From an uncultured Nitrososphaerales archaeon (GTDB taxonomy: Archaea > Thermoproteota > Nitrososphaeria > Nitrososphaerales > Nitrososphaeraceae), in assembly GCA_963713605.1 (NCBI GenBank), contig CAVQMO010000001.1:512001-576000 (forward strand): DNA of 64,000 bases, given 5' to 3'. The notes under the pieces were generated by a model, which was not told the DNA's origin, did no database searches, and saw nothing but the letters and a program-made list of their open reading frames with translations. Numbering within the stretch: the first letter of the stretch is position 1; every line of letters begins with the position of its first letter. The translations under genes were made by a program, and so were the position numbers. Of the stretch, positions 1 through 10,325 are shown piece after piece.

Positions 1-1176
1 ATTTGTCATCGAATTATCTTAACTCAACTTACAGACAAGAATTCGTGGATCTATTGAACTCTTTTTTTCAGGAAGTGATTGTATCCCTTAAACAAGCTGC
101 AGAAAATAAGCGCTTTGTGGATGTGATTAGATCAAGGACATTGGCATACAGCGGCGAAATTCCTATGTCTTACCTAATGGATTATGTCTTAAAGAGCAGG
201 GGCTTTAGATCTGCACATGTCAGCATTACACAATGGCCAATTGTCACGGATGACAATTTTGAAGGGGCAAACTTCAGCTTAGTAGATTCTAGAAGACGGG
301 TTTCTTATTTAATAGATCTGATCGAAAATAACGAAGTTGTGACGATGGGAGGGTTCATCGGAAAGACGCCTGATGGGCTTGAAACTACATATGAACGCGG
401 CGGCTCTGATAGGACTGCTGCAGATATTGCCATACTTCTCAACGACAAATATGACGTCAGACTAGACTTCGAGAAGGATGGTGCCGTGCAAAGCGCCGAT
501 CCTAAAGTAGTCAAGAACAAATTACATTACGTTACTCATTTATCTTATAATGAAGCAAGGTTGGCAGGTATGTTTGGAATGAAGATTCTGGACCCAGTGG
601 CGATAAAGGAGATCGATGACAACGGTCTAGATATCCCTATAACAGTAACTGATATATCATATCCTTCACGCTTCACGATCATAAAGAGGAAATTGCCCAA
701 TGATGGAGACGAGAATCTGATCAAGATCGTTACTGGTAAAAAAAACTGTGCTATTGTAAGAATGGATTCAATCTCTGCCTCACATTTATTAGCAATGCTT
801 GAGAAGGTAAGAGATTATCACGAATTTGTGAAACTATCTCCATACAAAGTCGATGACCTTGAAATCTCAAGAATACTTTTTTTGGATGCGGAATTCATAA
901 GAAGAAATGAGCGGTACTTTAGAGCTTACAGCTCCAAGGTAGACATAATATATCAAAGAGGTGTGGTTACAATGATAGGAGACAATATGTGGAAGAGCCC
1001 TCGAATTGCGTCTGTGGCAAGTAGTACCTGTAGGAGAGCATGGCATTAATATTCTCAATTTAGATGCTCAAGAAGAGACCTCTAGAATACTAATAGTTGT
1101 AGAAGATTCAGGGAACAGCGTTAATAGTGCAATCAGCGCTATACATTCGCAACGACCTAAGTTTCACGCAGAGTGA
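1..1176 (+). CDS. lysC: Aspartate kinase (probably 5'-truncated by the window edge; +1 indel near 1028)
   Basis: GGFIG..TTYERGGSDRTAA, ADPKVV and LSYNEA..AGMFGMKILDP motifs. The ACT-like tail VGEHGINILNLDAQEETSRILIVVED..HAE* continues in another frame to TGA at 1174-1176. Confidence 0.85.
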
Positions 1177-1486
1177 TCAAATTAAACTAAATCCACAAAA
1201 CATTGCAACTATGCCTTGCAGGAACAAGAAAGTACTCATGGTCCAATATTGTCCATGCACTGATTTCAATGGTTTGTCCATTAAATCTTTGCTTTTGGCA
1301 GCAAGGTCGATCGTCAGGTACGGTACATGGGTCTTTTCTAAAATGAACTATGCTAAATGTAACGACTGAGGATGTACTCTGTCATGAATATAATCCAGCG
1401 TAACTCGGGGCCATGTCGAGCAGAACTCCAATCAGCAGGCGTGCAGCTTTATAACGGCTGATATAAGAATCGGAAGCTAATACAGA

Positions 1487-2099
1487 ATGCTAGGCCAATT
1501 CATAAACGACTTGAATCCGTTGCGATGGCTATCCAAATTTCAGCGAACATCGATCCCATATTTGTTGTTGATGTTCGGTTTCTATCACTCCTTAGGTATT
1601 ATTGTTGCCCTTGCTGGTACACTTTTGATACAAACAACTATTCCCGGTTATATCGAGCCCAATATTCCTCGGTATTTTGATTCAGTAATATTAGCTGGCC
1701 CTATAGAAGAGTCATTATTTTTTGGAATACCCTTGTACGGATTGGCAAATGGAAATGCGAGCACTAATCGGAGGATTGGTTTGGATTTTTCTGCATCTTA
1801 TTAATACTGAAGATTTATCTGTTTTGAGCCTTGCATATATCAATTGGTTATTCGTAATTCCCTCATTTTTTTTCAGTTTTCGGGTGTGGATTTCTGGTAA
1901 GGGCTGGTTCGCAGTGGTAACTCATTCCGTTTGGAATTGCTTGTTCTTTCTCGCCGGCTGCTATGCTGGGGAATATAAATGCATGTCGTATGAAAATCTA
2001 AGTGCACTACTGAGCGGCACTTTTCTCGCCGCGTTGCTAGTCCTAATTACCTATTGGCTATATCAGAGGAGAAATTACCTACTTGAAAAGAAGATATAG
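1487..2099 (+). CDS. CPBP/CAAX-family intramembrane metalloprotease (frameshift near 1760)
   Basis: GPIEESLFFG (EE motif) in ORF 1487-1804; FLHL and HSVWN motifs in overlapping ORF 1722-2099; hydrophobic throughout. Confidence 0.7.
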
Positions 2100-2254
2100 A
2101 ACACCATTTTCAGAGCTATTTATGCTATATCAGTCACATCATAACAAGTCTCGATATGGTGAATACTGAACTTGCAAGTATGGCCACGGATTCAATTATA
2201 TTCGAGCGTTACAGTCAAATATTAGTCCTGGTTTACTAATCCACACAGCTCGGA

Positions 2255-2384
2255 AGCCCGGTCGAGCACGTCGTAAACGTGCGCCGAATCTAGTGGCCAA
2301 ACTTACTTGAGGGCTAGGGATTTCAGGCTCTGGATCTACAAGAAAAGAAACCTGAGGACAGCAGTTCGAATCTGCTCCGGGCTA
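2255..2384 (+). tRNA. tRNA-Gln(CUG) with three introns (2265-2288, 2301-2317, 2334-2349)
   Basis: Acceptor stem AGCCCGG/CCGGGCT plus A; T-arm AGCAG-TTCGAAT-CTGCT; anticodon stem TCAGG/CCTGA with CTG. Removing three BHB-like inserts gives a canonical 73-nt cloverleaf. Confidence 0.88.
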
Positions 2385-2393
2385 CTCTTCAAT

Positions 2394-3995
2394 TTACTGT
2401 GTTCTAGGACCCGCCTTAATGATTTCTATCGGCATATTGCCAAATCTCCCGAAGTTTTTGACGAATAGAGAAGCGAGTCTTTTAGCAGATTCCAAATACT
2501 TTTGTTTGTCAGACCATGTGTTGATAGGATCAAGAATATAATCTGGGACCCCAGGGCATGAGATCGGAATCTCCACATTGAATATTTCGTGTCGTCTATA
2601 AGAAACCTTTTCCAAATCACCATTGATTGCAGCTTTCACCATGGACCTAGTGTGTTGAAGGTTCATCCTACGTCCAACCCCATATGGTCCCCCTACCCAA
2701 CCTGTGTTTATCAAATAAACCTTTGAATTATGTTGGGCAATTCTTTTGCCAAGCATGTCCGCGTATACTCTTGGCTTCAACATCATGAACGGTGCGCCAA
2801 AACAATGAGAAAAGGTCTCTTGTGGTTCAGTGATGCCCCTTTCGGTGCCAGCCAACTTACTAGTGTACCCGGACATAAAGTGATACATAGCATGTTCCTT
2901 TGACAATCTTCCGATTGGAGGGAGTACCCCGAACGCATCTGCTGCTAGGAATATAATGACATCTGGATGGTTCCCTAAACTTGGCACAACGGCGTTTGGA
3001 ATGAATTCAATCGGATACGCAACCCGGGTGTTTTCTGTTAGAGACTCGTCATCAAAATTGGGTTCACGACTTTGGTCTAGGATAACATTCTCCATAACCG
3101 ATCCAAACCTTATTGCATTCCATATTTGTGGTTCCTTAGATCTTTGTAAGTTTATACATTTTGCGTAACAACCGCCTTCAAAGTTGAAGATACCATTCTT
3201 TGACCATCCATGTTCATCGTCTCCAATGAGACGTCTCTCTGGATCAGCTGAAAGTGTCGTTTTTCCAGTCCCTGACAAGCCAAAAAATAGGGCCGTCCTT
3301 CCATCACTACCTATGTTCGCGGAGCAATGCATAGGAAAAATATCTTTGAGAGGAAGCAGATAATTCATTGCAGAAAACATTGATTTTTTTATTTCTCCTG
3401 CATAGGACGTAGAGCCAATCAATACAAGGCGCTTCGTGAGATTGAGAATGATGAAGGTTTCACTTTTTGTTCTTTCTACTTCTGGGCGAGCTTGAAAATC
3501 AATTATAGAAAGAATAGTAAATGATGGATGATGAATTAGAAGTTCTGGTGGACTTGGGCGGATGAAAATCTGCATCGCAAACAGATTGTGCCATGCACTA
3601 TCTGTTATTGTCCTGATCGAAAGCCTACTCTCTTTCTCTGCTCCAATGAATCCATCGAACACAAAAGCTTCCTTTCCTTCTAGGGATCTTTTCATCCTAT
3701 CGAATATTCGATCAAATATCTCAGGAGACAATGGGTGATTTATCTTTCCCCAATCAACTGAATCATGTGTCAAGTCATCATCCACAATATATCTGTCATC
3801 AGGAGATCGGCCCGTAAACTTGCCGGTTCTGACCGAAAGAGCCCCGGTTGTAGAGAGTTTCCCTTCACGCCTATGAATAGCAGCTTCAATCAATGATGGA
3901 GGGGGTAGGTTTCTGTGCAGCTTAGAAAAATTGAAACCCGCCTCTTGTAGTTGAACAGAACATCTAAGGTCCGATGCTAATAAGCTGTCATTCAT
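2394..3995 (-). CDS. pckA: Phosphoenolpyruvate carboxykinase (ATP)
   Basis: TGRSPDDR, YAGEIKKS, FFGLSGTGKTTLSAD, IGDDEHGW and NFEGGCYAK motifs. Confidence 0.97.
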   Translation of the reverse strand: MNDSLLASDLRCSVQLQEAGFNFSKLHRNLPPPSLIEAAIHRREGKLSTTGALSVRTGKFTGRSPDDRYIVDDDLTHDSVDWGKINHPLSPEIFDRIFDRMKRSLEGKEAFVFDGFIGAEKESRLSIRTITDSAWHNLFAMQIFIRPSPPELLIHHPSFTILSIIDFQARPEVERTKSETFIILNLTKRLVLIGSTSYAGEIKKSMFSAMNYLLPLKDIFPMHCSANIGSDGRTALFFGLSGTGKTTLSADPERRLIGDDEHGWSKNGIFNFEGGCYAKCINLQRSKEPQIWNAIRFGSVMENVILDQSREPNFDDESLTENTRVAYPIEFIPNAVVPSLGNHPDVIIFLAADAFGVLPPIGRLSKEHAMYHFMSGYTSKLAGTERGITEPQETFSHCFGAPFMMLKPRVYADMLGKRIAQHNSKVYLINTGWVGGPYGVGRRMNLQHTRSMVKAAINGDLEKVSYRRHEIFNVEIPISCPGVPDYILDPINTWSDKQKYLESAKRLASLFVKNFGRFGNMPIEIIKAGPRTQ

Positions 3996-4158
3996 CGATT
4001 CGTTTTATGCGAGTTTTTGCATATTTATTTGATTTCCTCAATTTGCGGGGTTAGAATCTACCAAATAAGAAAAAAGACCGGAAAGAGCAGAGTTATGGTG
4101 GAGGTTCTTGGCAGGACCGTGAAGACCTGGTCCACACAAGAATGATTATTTATAGGAT

Positions 4159-4599
4159 TTGTCAGATCATTTAATCGTGTCCGATTACTATGACGTACTG
4201 AACCTGCATCAATCGGCATCTCGCGAAGATATTAAACGATCCTTTAGGCAGCTGGCGCTAAAGCATCATCCAGATAAAAATAGAAACTCTGAAGACTCCA
4301 AAAAGAAGTTCATGGAAATTGTGGAAGCATACGAAATTCTATCAGATGACCAATCAAGGAAAGAATACGATCGGACTTACAAGTATGAGGGGTTCAGCGT
4401 AAATCGAGAATGGACTCCTCCTGCTGATTGGCAGCAGGTCTATAGCTATGAGCATCTGAAGAAGGAATACGATCGGTCCCACGTGGCGGGAGGTATGTGG
4501 GATATTAGCGACAGAGCTAGTGGAAGTTTATGGAAGGCTACATTATTCTTGTTTGTGGGCCTACTTGGGTTGGTTGCATTCATATTATGGATTAGATAA
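4159..4599 (+). CDS. J-domain protein with C-terminal transmembrane helix
   Basis: DYYDVL..LALKHHPDKN..EAYEILSD (HPD motif); hydrophobic C-terminus. Confidence 0.88.
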   Translation: MSDHLIVSDYYDVLNLHQSASREDIKRSFRQLALKHHPDKNRNSEDSKKKFMEIVEAYEILSDDQSRKEYDRTYKYEGFSVNREWTPPADWQQVYSYEHLKKEYDRSHVAGGMWDISDRASGSLWKATLFLFVGLLGLVAFILWIR

Positions 4600-4774
4600 G
4601 ATATGTTGCTAGAATCTGCAGGAGGTACTTTGTAAGTGCAGACATTTGCTACAAATTGGTTTTGGAGATTATATTTCCTCACACTTGGTATTTTATCCTC
4701 TTTTCGTGATTCCTTAACAAGCTCAGCCACAGAAGGAATAAAAGGGGACTTTAACAGAGTCATTTTGATCAAGA

Positions 4775-5071
4775 TTGAGAGTTGTTGCTGTAGGTAGTAG
4801 GGTCTTTGTTACCAGCTTTCAGTTGGCAGGCGTAGAAGGCATTAAGGCAAACTCTGCGGAAGATGTATTGAACGAGATCGCCAGGATTGGTAATGGCGAT
4901 GATGTAGGACTGATTCTTGTTAGTGATGACTTCGGGAAGCAGATTCGATACCAATTGACCGAATTGCGATCTAAAAAGCCTATTCCACTAGTCTTTGAGC
5001 TTCCATCACCAGGAAGCACTAAAGAAACAGTCGATTACCGAGCTCTACTCAAACAGATTCTTGGCGTATGA
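4775..5071 (+). CDS. atpF: A/V-type ATP synthase subunit F
   Basis: RVVAVGS..VTSFQLAGVEG..DVGLILV..P.VFELPS..LKQILGV; 98 aa. Confidence 0.85.
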   Translation: MRVVAVGSRVFVTSFQLAGVEGIKANSAEDVLNEIARIGNGDDVGLILVSDDFGKQIRYQLTELRSKKPIPLVFELPSPGSTKETVDYRALLKQILGV

Positions 5072-5093
5072 TAGGATTTTTAGACCTGCACGC

Positions 5094-5891
5094 TTACGTA
5101 CCTGTTTCAAAGCCTGGTTCTTTATTCTGGAGTGCTTTTCTTCCAAAAATGAGATAGGTTGTATGACCTATCATTCTCATCGCTGGCCGTGTTTTTCCTG
5201 CCCTGGCCTCGATGCTCCTTATCATCAACTCAGTGGAATCAACGGACACAAACCCGAACTCGGTTAGAGCCGAGGACATTTTTTCGAGTTGATTCATCGT
5301 AGGGCATATTGCAACGAGGGTTCCACTCGGTCTCAGGGATTCATATGTCTTCTCAATCATTGTCCAGGGGTCGCCAATATCAACGACAACTATATCTACC
5401 TCACCACAGTTTGCCTCTTGGAACTGGGTATGATCATGAAACGTTACAAAATCAGACAGGTTTGCCTTCTTGATGTTTTTCTTGGCGATAGCACTAAATT
5501 TTGGATTCACGTCAAACGTATAGACATGCCCAAACGGTCTAACTATACTTGCTAAGTAGGTCGTTAGTCCTCCGCTGCCTGTGCCAACTTCTATGACTTG
5601 TGAACCACTTGTGAGTCCACTCCGAATCCCGATATATGCTAGATCCTTGGGATATACAATTTGAGTTAGCCTTTCTGATTTCATCACGAAATCATACACC
5701 AATGGTTCTAGTAGAATGACTTTCTTTCCTTTAGAAGATAAGATAGGTGAACCAAAGTCAGAGCCTACTGCTTTTCCTATATCGAGCACTCCTAAGTGGG
5801 TGTGGAACTTCTTTCCAGCATTTGCCTCTACCAACCAAGTTTTTTGAGGAGAGTGGTAAAGAAGTACTTACAATCCTTCTTGAATAATCAT
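5094..5891 (-). CDS. trmI: tRNA (adenine-N1)-methyltransferase TrmI/GCD14 family (in-frame TAA at codon 8 from ATG 5891)
   Basis: FHTHLG, TQIVYPKD, VIEVGTGSGGLT, DIGDPW and TRP..RMIGHTTYL motifs. Confidence 0.9.
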
Positions 5892-6318
5892 GGATTAACC
5901 ATCATGTACCGATGATAAAAATTAATCCCATACTCTGAACTAAGCTACCAGCCTGCTAACCAGTGGGGACAAGTACTAATATGCATTGAAATTATTTGAA
6001 TTGCATCTTGGCGTTGTTATATGTATAAGGAAAAGTCCGATTCACGAATTACCTATTTCGGTTCGCGCATTAACGTACTAATGCAACCATACATTCAATT
6101 ACATTGACTGCTTAGTCAACTCGGAAAAATATTTCATAATTAAGCGCCATTTATTGATACCACTTTCTTTAGATCCTCAAGGGGGCTCGAAATGAGTTTA
6201 GTCCATAGTCGTCCGTTCGCTCGGTCCCCGCTTTTTGAATTGGTTGAAACTAGGTTAATTTAAATTTGAGAGGCATTGAAGAGGAAAAGTCCATAATATT
6301 TGGCTTGATATTTAGAAC

Positions 6319-7029
6319 ATGATCTCAGCGAAGGCAGTTTGCATACTTAGTGGTGGACTAGATTCCGTTGTCTCGGCATTCTATGTTAAGCAAGTTTGGA
6401 ATCTAGTGCCATATACGATTACTTTCCACTATGGTCAAAGGTCGACAGAGGAAGAGATGAAGAGAGCACGGTTTTTTGCTACAATGTTGGGGTCTGGAGC
6501 TCATAAGGAAATTGATATAGGCTTCATGAAAGATCTCTACGGCAACGATAACACGCTGACTGGGGAGAATACCATTATTCCGGAAAAATTTCACCAGTCC
6601 ATAGTTGTTCCACACAGAAACTCAATTTTTTTGACGATAGGCTCAGCGTGGGCTGCTAGCCTAAAGATTGGTGTTTTAGTGTATGGAGCACATGCTGACG
6701 ACCAGAATTATCCTGATTGCCGACCAAAGTTCGTAAGCTCTCTTGAAAACATGTTAAATGAATCTGATCTTGACGCTATCAACCTCGGTTTACGAAAGCG
6801 GATCGAAATCTGGTGTCCAGCAAAAGAGAATATCCACAAGAATGAGCTGGTCAAGATAGGGTACGATCTTCTGGGTGATAAGATATTCTATACGTGGAGC
6901 TGTTATTCAGATGCATCACGTAATAGTCTAAGTAAGCCAGTGCACTGTGGGGCGTGCGAATCATGTATCAACAGAAAAACTAGTTTTAGCGAAGCAAATA
7001 TTGCAGATAAAACAGAATATGCTACTTGA
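6319..7029 (+). CDS. queC: 7-cyano-7-deazaguanine synthase (preQ0/archaeosine pathway)
   Basis: LSGGLDS, YGQR, VPHRN, YPDCRP and TWSCY..HCGACESC motifs. Confidence 0.95.
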   Translation: MISAKAVCILSGGLDSVVSAFYVKQVWNLVPYTITFHYGQRSTEEEMKRARFFATMLGSGAHKEIDIGFMKDLYGNDNTLTGENTIIPEKFHQSIVVPHRNSIFLTIGSAWAASLKIGVLVYGAHADDQNYPDCRPKFVSSLENMLNESDLDAINLGLRKRIEIWCPAKENIHKNELVKIGYDLLGDKIFYTWSCYSDASRNSLSKPVHCGACESCINRKTSFSEANIADKTEYAT

Positions 7030-7098
7030 CTAGTCCTCTTAACTAGTATATCCCAATTGTATCGACAGTAAGAATAATATCTGAACAAATGTGTACTT

Positions 7099-7713
7099 GT
7101 GATGGAGTCCCATAGTAAGATATTGTTACAGGAAAAGGAGAAGGGTAGAACCCTAAACAAGAAGAAGATTGAAAAGATTCTGAGAAAACTGTTGATAGAA
7201 TTGGGTGAAAATCCTGACAGAGAAGGCCTAATCGGAACGCCAAGAAGGATGGCAGAGGCATTTGAGGAGATATTTGCCGGTTACACAATGAGTTCCGGAC
7301 TCGATGTGAGTTTCTCGGAGGAAACCGATGCTATAATTGCCAAAGATATTCAATTTTATAGTATGTGTGAGCATCATATGCTCCCCTTTTATGGCAAGGT
7401 TCACATTGCATATTTACCTGAAGGCAAGGTATTTGGCATATCCAAATTAACCCGTCTCGTAGAAAAGTATTCGCGTAGGATGCAAATACAGGAGAGGTTA
7501 ACAAAGCAGATAGCTGATGAAATAACCAAAATGGGGGTTAGAGGGGTCGTCGTCATAGCTGAAGGCGAGCACTTGTGCATGAAAATGAGAGGAGTCAGAA
7601 ATCACAGCCTTGTCGTCACAATGGCACACCGAGGTTTAATGGAACAAAAAGAGCTAAGAGAAAATATTCTTACTCTCATTTCTAATTCAAAGCCAGGTTT
7701 AAGATCTTTCTAA
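7099..7713 (+). CDS. folE: GTP cyclohydrolase I
   Basis: GENPDREGL.GTPRR, SMCEHHMLPFYG, QIQERLT and HLCMKMRG motifs. Confidence 0.96.
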   Translation: MMESHSKILLQEKEKGRTLNKKKIEKILRKLLIELGENPDREGLIGTPRRMAEAFEEIFAGYTMSSGLDVSFSEETDAIIAKDIQFYSMCEHHMLPFYGKVHIAYLPEGKVFGISKLTRLVEKYSRRMQIQERLTKQIADEITKMGVRGVVVIAEGEHLCMKMRGVRNHSLVVTMAHRGLMEQKELRENILTLISNSKPGLRSF

Positions 7714-7788
7714 ACATGAAAGGACATCGGCTTTTTCCCAATATTCACAAAGGCTTATAAAAAAGAGTATTTTCTATAGGTAAGAAGA

Positions 7789-8058
7789 ATGGCAGGCACT
7801 ATTTTTCGAGTCCAATCTCACAAGTTCAGCCAGGATAATATTCAAACTACTTTGGTTTGTTCTAAATGCGACCAAGTTTTCTCGAAGGATTTCCTACTAG
7901 ACTTGGAAGGTCAGACAATTGAATTCAAATGTCCTGTCTGTGGTACAGCTGGTGAAACTGATCTGCCATATAAGAGTGCGGAAGAGAGAGAAGAGCTTGA
8001 TGAAGACATTGAGGACGTTGAAGAAGAAGGCGAGGAAGAATTTGAAGAAGAATATTAG
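7789..8058 (+). CDS. Small Zn-ribbon protein with acidic tail
   Basis: CSKC and CPVC pairs, Glu-rich C-terminus; TTATAAAAA TATA-like box upstream. Confidence 0.75.
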   Translation: MAGTIFRVQSHKFSQDNIQTTLVCSKCDQVFSKDFLLDLEGQTIEFKCPVCGTAGETDLPYKSAEEREELDEDIEDVEEEGEEEFEEEY

Positions 8059-8142
8059 AACGCGAAAATGCGATCATATCCTTTTAGTTCGTTGATACCA
8101 TGGAGTTTAAGAATTTCTCGGCCCTAGAGATTACATCCTACC

Positions 8143-9090
8143 ATGGCCGGGTGGATTAGCCAGTTTAGGGAAGATGTATATTCTCAAGTAAGATATCTTC
8201 AAGGACTCCGGCTTCCAAAATCCACGAGTACTAGGTGCGGGCTATTTGTTGGTTCAGGCGACTCGTATGCCTGTGCTCTTCTAATGGAATATCTATCTAA
8301 GCATAAAATGCTTGCCTATCATCCTTCAGATATACTCCATTGTCCACAAATCCTATCGGATCATGAAATATTCTTCATATCCGCGTCTGGCAGAACTCGT
8401 TCAAACATTGAGGCTGCTAGAATAGCTCGTAAATTTGAGATTAAAACTACTGCTGTTACTGTCCGTTCTAAAAGTGCTCTACAAGAGGTATGTAGTAAAA
8501 CACTCAATCTGGATTACTTGCATATTCCGCAATCGTCGAGCACTGGTATCTTGGAATTCACAGCTACGGTAATAATCTGTATGGCGTTGATAGGAATTAA
8601 CATGAACTTGAACATCTTGGGCAAAATAATGAGTGATGCTCGTGAAAAGGTCAATCTGCATGGTGTCAACCTGCCAACAAAATTCAAATCAATCCTATTT
8701 CTGGGAGACGACATTTCATATCCACTAGCGAGATATGGGGCACTCAAAATGCACGAGCTTTTTGGATTAAGGTCGTTCGGATATCTACTTGATGATTACT
8801 ATCATTCACCTATTTTCAGCTTGAAGAAGCCAGACTGTGTTTTCGTTCTTGACCACGAAACGAAGAAAAACTCATTGACTGCGGAATTTCATAAAAAATT
8901 AAAAAAGGTCCACGCTCGCTCCTATTATTTTCAGCCACATGTAGGTCGATCTCTTTTTGAACGGATACTATTTTCTATATTCGCCATTCAAATCCTTGGC
9001 CTTACTATGGCAGAAAAAATGGAAGTAGGCAAACCCTATTATCTGTCAAAAGAAAATATACTCAAATTTAGTTCGAATCTAATTTACTGA
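8143..9090 (+). CDS. SIS-domain sugar isomerase-like protein
   Basis: FVGSGDSY, ISASGRT and YGALKMHE..YYHSP, a GlmS/SIS-like pattern. Confidence 0.75.
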   Translation: MAGWISQFREDVYSQVRYLQGLRLPKSTSTRCGLFVGSGDSYACALLMEYLSKHKMLAYHPSDILHCPQILSDHEIFFISASGRTRSNIEAARIARKFEIKTTAVTVRSKSALQEVCSKTLNLDYLHIPQSSSTGILEFTATVIICMALIGINMNLNILGKIMSDAREKVNLHGVNLPTKFKSILFLGDDISYPLARYGALKMHELFGLRSFGYLLDDYYHSPIFSLKKPDCVFVLDHETKKNSLTAEFHKKLKKVHARSYYFQPHVGRSLFERILFSIFAIQILGLTMAEKMEVGKPYYLSKENILKFSSNLIY

Positions 9091-9380
9091 TCCTGAGAAT
9101 CCTGTGGATCATTGTTATTACGGCTAATTCTACTCGGGCCATGAAGTGGAGAGGAAGAATATATAGTTCAACTGAATGATCAATCGCCTCTGACTAGTTA
9201 TTCTCAAAGTGATCTACTCTAATAAGTAATTTGACTAATTCACCTTCAGTTCCGAAAACAATGTTTATGTTCATGCCAGCATTATGCATCTAATAACCTG
9301 GTAAATGATTCAGCCAAAATTTCATGAAAGGTTAATGTAAACAGTATATATAGTTCTCCTTTATAAAGGCTGAATAGGGT

Positions 9381-9944
9381 ATGCCTCAGACTAAACCAAT
9401 AGTTAGCATAGAAAATGTAGTAGCGTCAGCCACGGTTAGCCAAACAGTAAATCTCAATTTGATTACCCAGATTTTTCCAGACGTGGAATATCATCCTGAT
9501 CAGTTCCCAGGGTTAGTTTTTAGACTGAAATCACCAAAGACTGCCACTCTGATCTTTAGTTCAGGAAAGATGGTATGTACCGGAGCTAAATCTGAAGACC
9601 AAGCCATTAAAGCAGTAAAAAATGTAGTCCAAAAATTGAAAAAAGGAGGCATTTCTATCGAGCATGAACCGATTATTGAAATACAGAATATCGTTGCTTC
9701 GGCAAGCTTGGGTGGAAAAATTCATCTCGAGCTCGCGGCCAGAGTACTCCCCCGGAGCATGTATGAGCCTGAACAATTTCCAGGGCTCATTCATCGAATG
9801 CTAGATCCTAAGACCGTGATTTTATTATTCGCTTCCGGAAAACTAGTTTGCACTGGAGCAAAGAAAGAAACTGAAGTATATAGAGCTGTGCATAATCTCC
9901 ACAATCTCTTGGAAGAAAAGAATCTGATGATTTATGAAGGTTGA
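9381..9944 (+). CDS. tbp: TATA-box binding protein
   Basis: Two internal repeats IENVVAS/IQNIVAS, YxPxQFPGL and SGKxVCTGAK. Confidence 0.98.
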   Translation: MPQTKPIVSIENVVASATVSQTVNLNLITQIFPDVEYHPDQFPGLVFRLKSPKTATLIFSSGKMVCTGAKSEDQAIKAVKNVVQKLKKGGISIEHEPIIEIQNIVASASLGGKIHLELAARVLPRSMYEPEQFPGLIHRMLDPKTVILLFASGKLVCTGAKKETEVYRAVHNLHNLLEEKNLMIYEG

Positions 9945-10325
9945 AGCTCTCGGGTACTAATCATGCATATGGCAACCAAAAGAATTATAGCTAATCCGTC
10001 TCTTGAAGGTATAGAAGCTATATCCTTGGGCGTTATTTGATACCCGTTCTGCTAGTCGATCTCCCTCGTCTGATCTTGATTCATCAATTGTTGGTATCCT
10101 CTGGAATTCATAGCGTTGGCGGTGAAAATTTAGAATCGAGAATGATCATAGAAAATGTGCAGTCATTGCCTAGATCGATATTTGTGATTAATTGCCAAGT
10201 GTTGTGTGTGAAACCTCTGCCACTTCAAAAAATTGTTTCGTCAGATAGAAATGCCTTTCCTTTGACTAATCATCTTTTTACCAATTTAGGTTCGGACTCA
10301 AACTATTATGGGGCGATGATACTGT

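Noticed and set aside
4105..4142. Hairpin TTCTTG-GGACC/GGTCC-CAAGAA as an H/ACA RNA
   Set aside because: No ACA box after the basal stem and no clear K-turn or K-loop.
4446..4772. Minus-strand ORF between the J-domain gene and atpF, and other antisense ORFs inside core genes
   Set aside because: They overlap well-supported genes and carry no recognisable motifs; treated as shadow ORFs.
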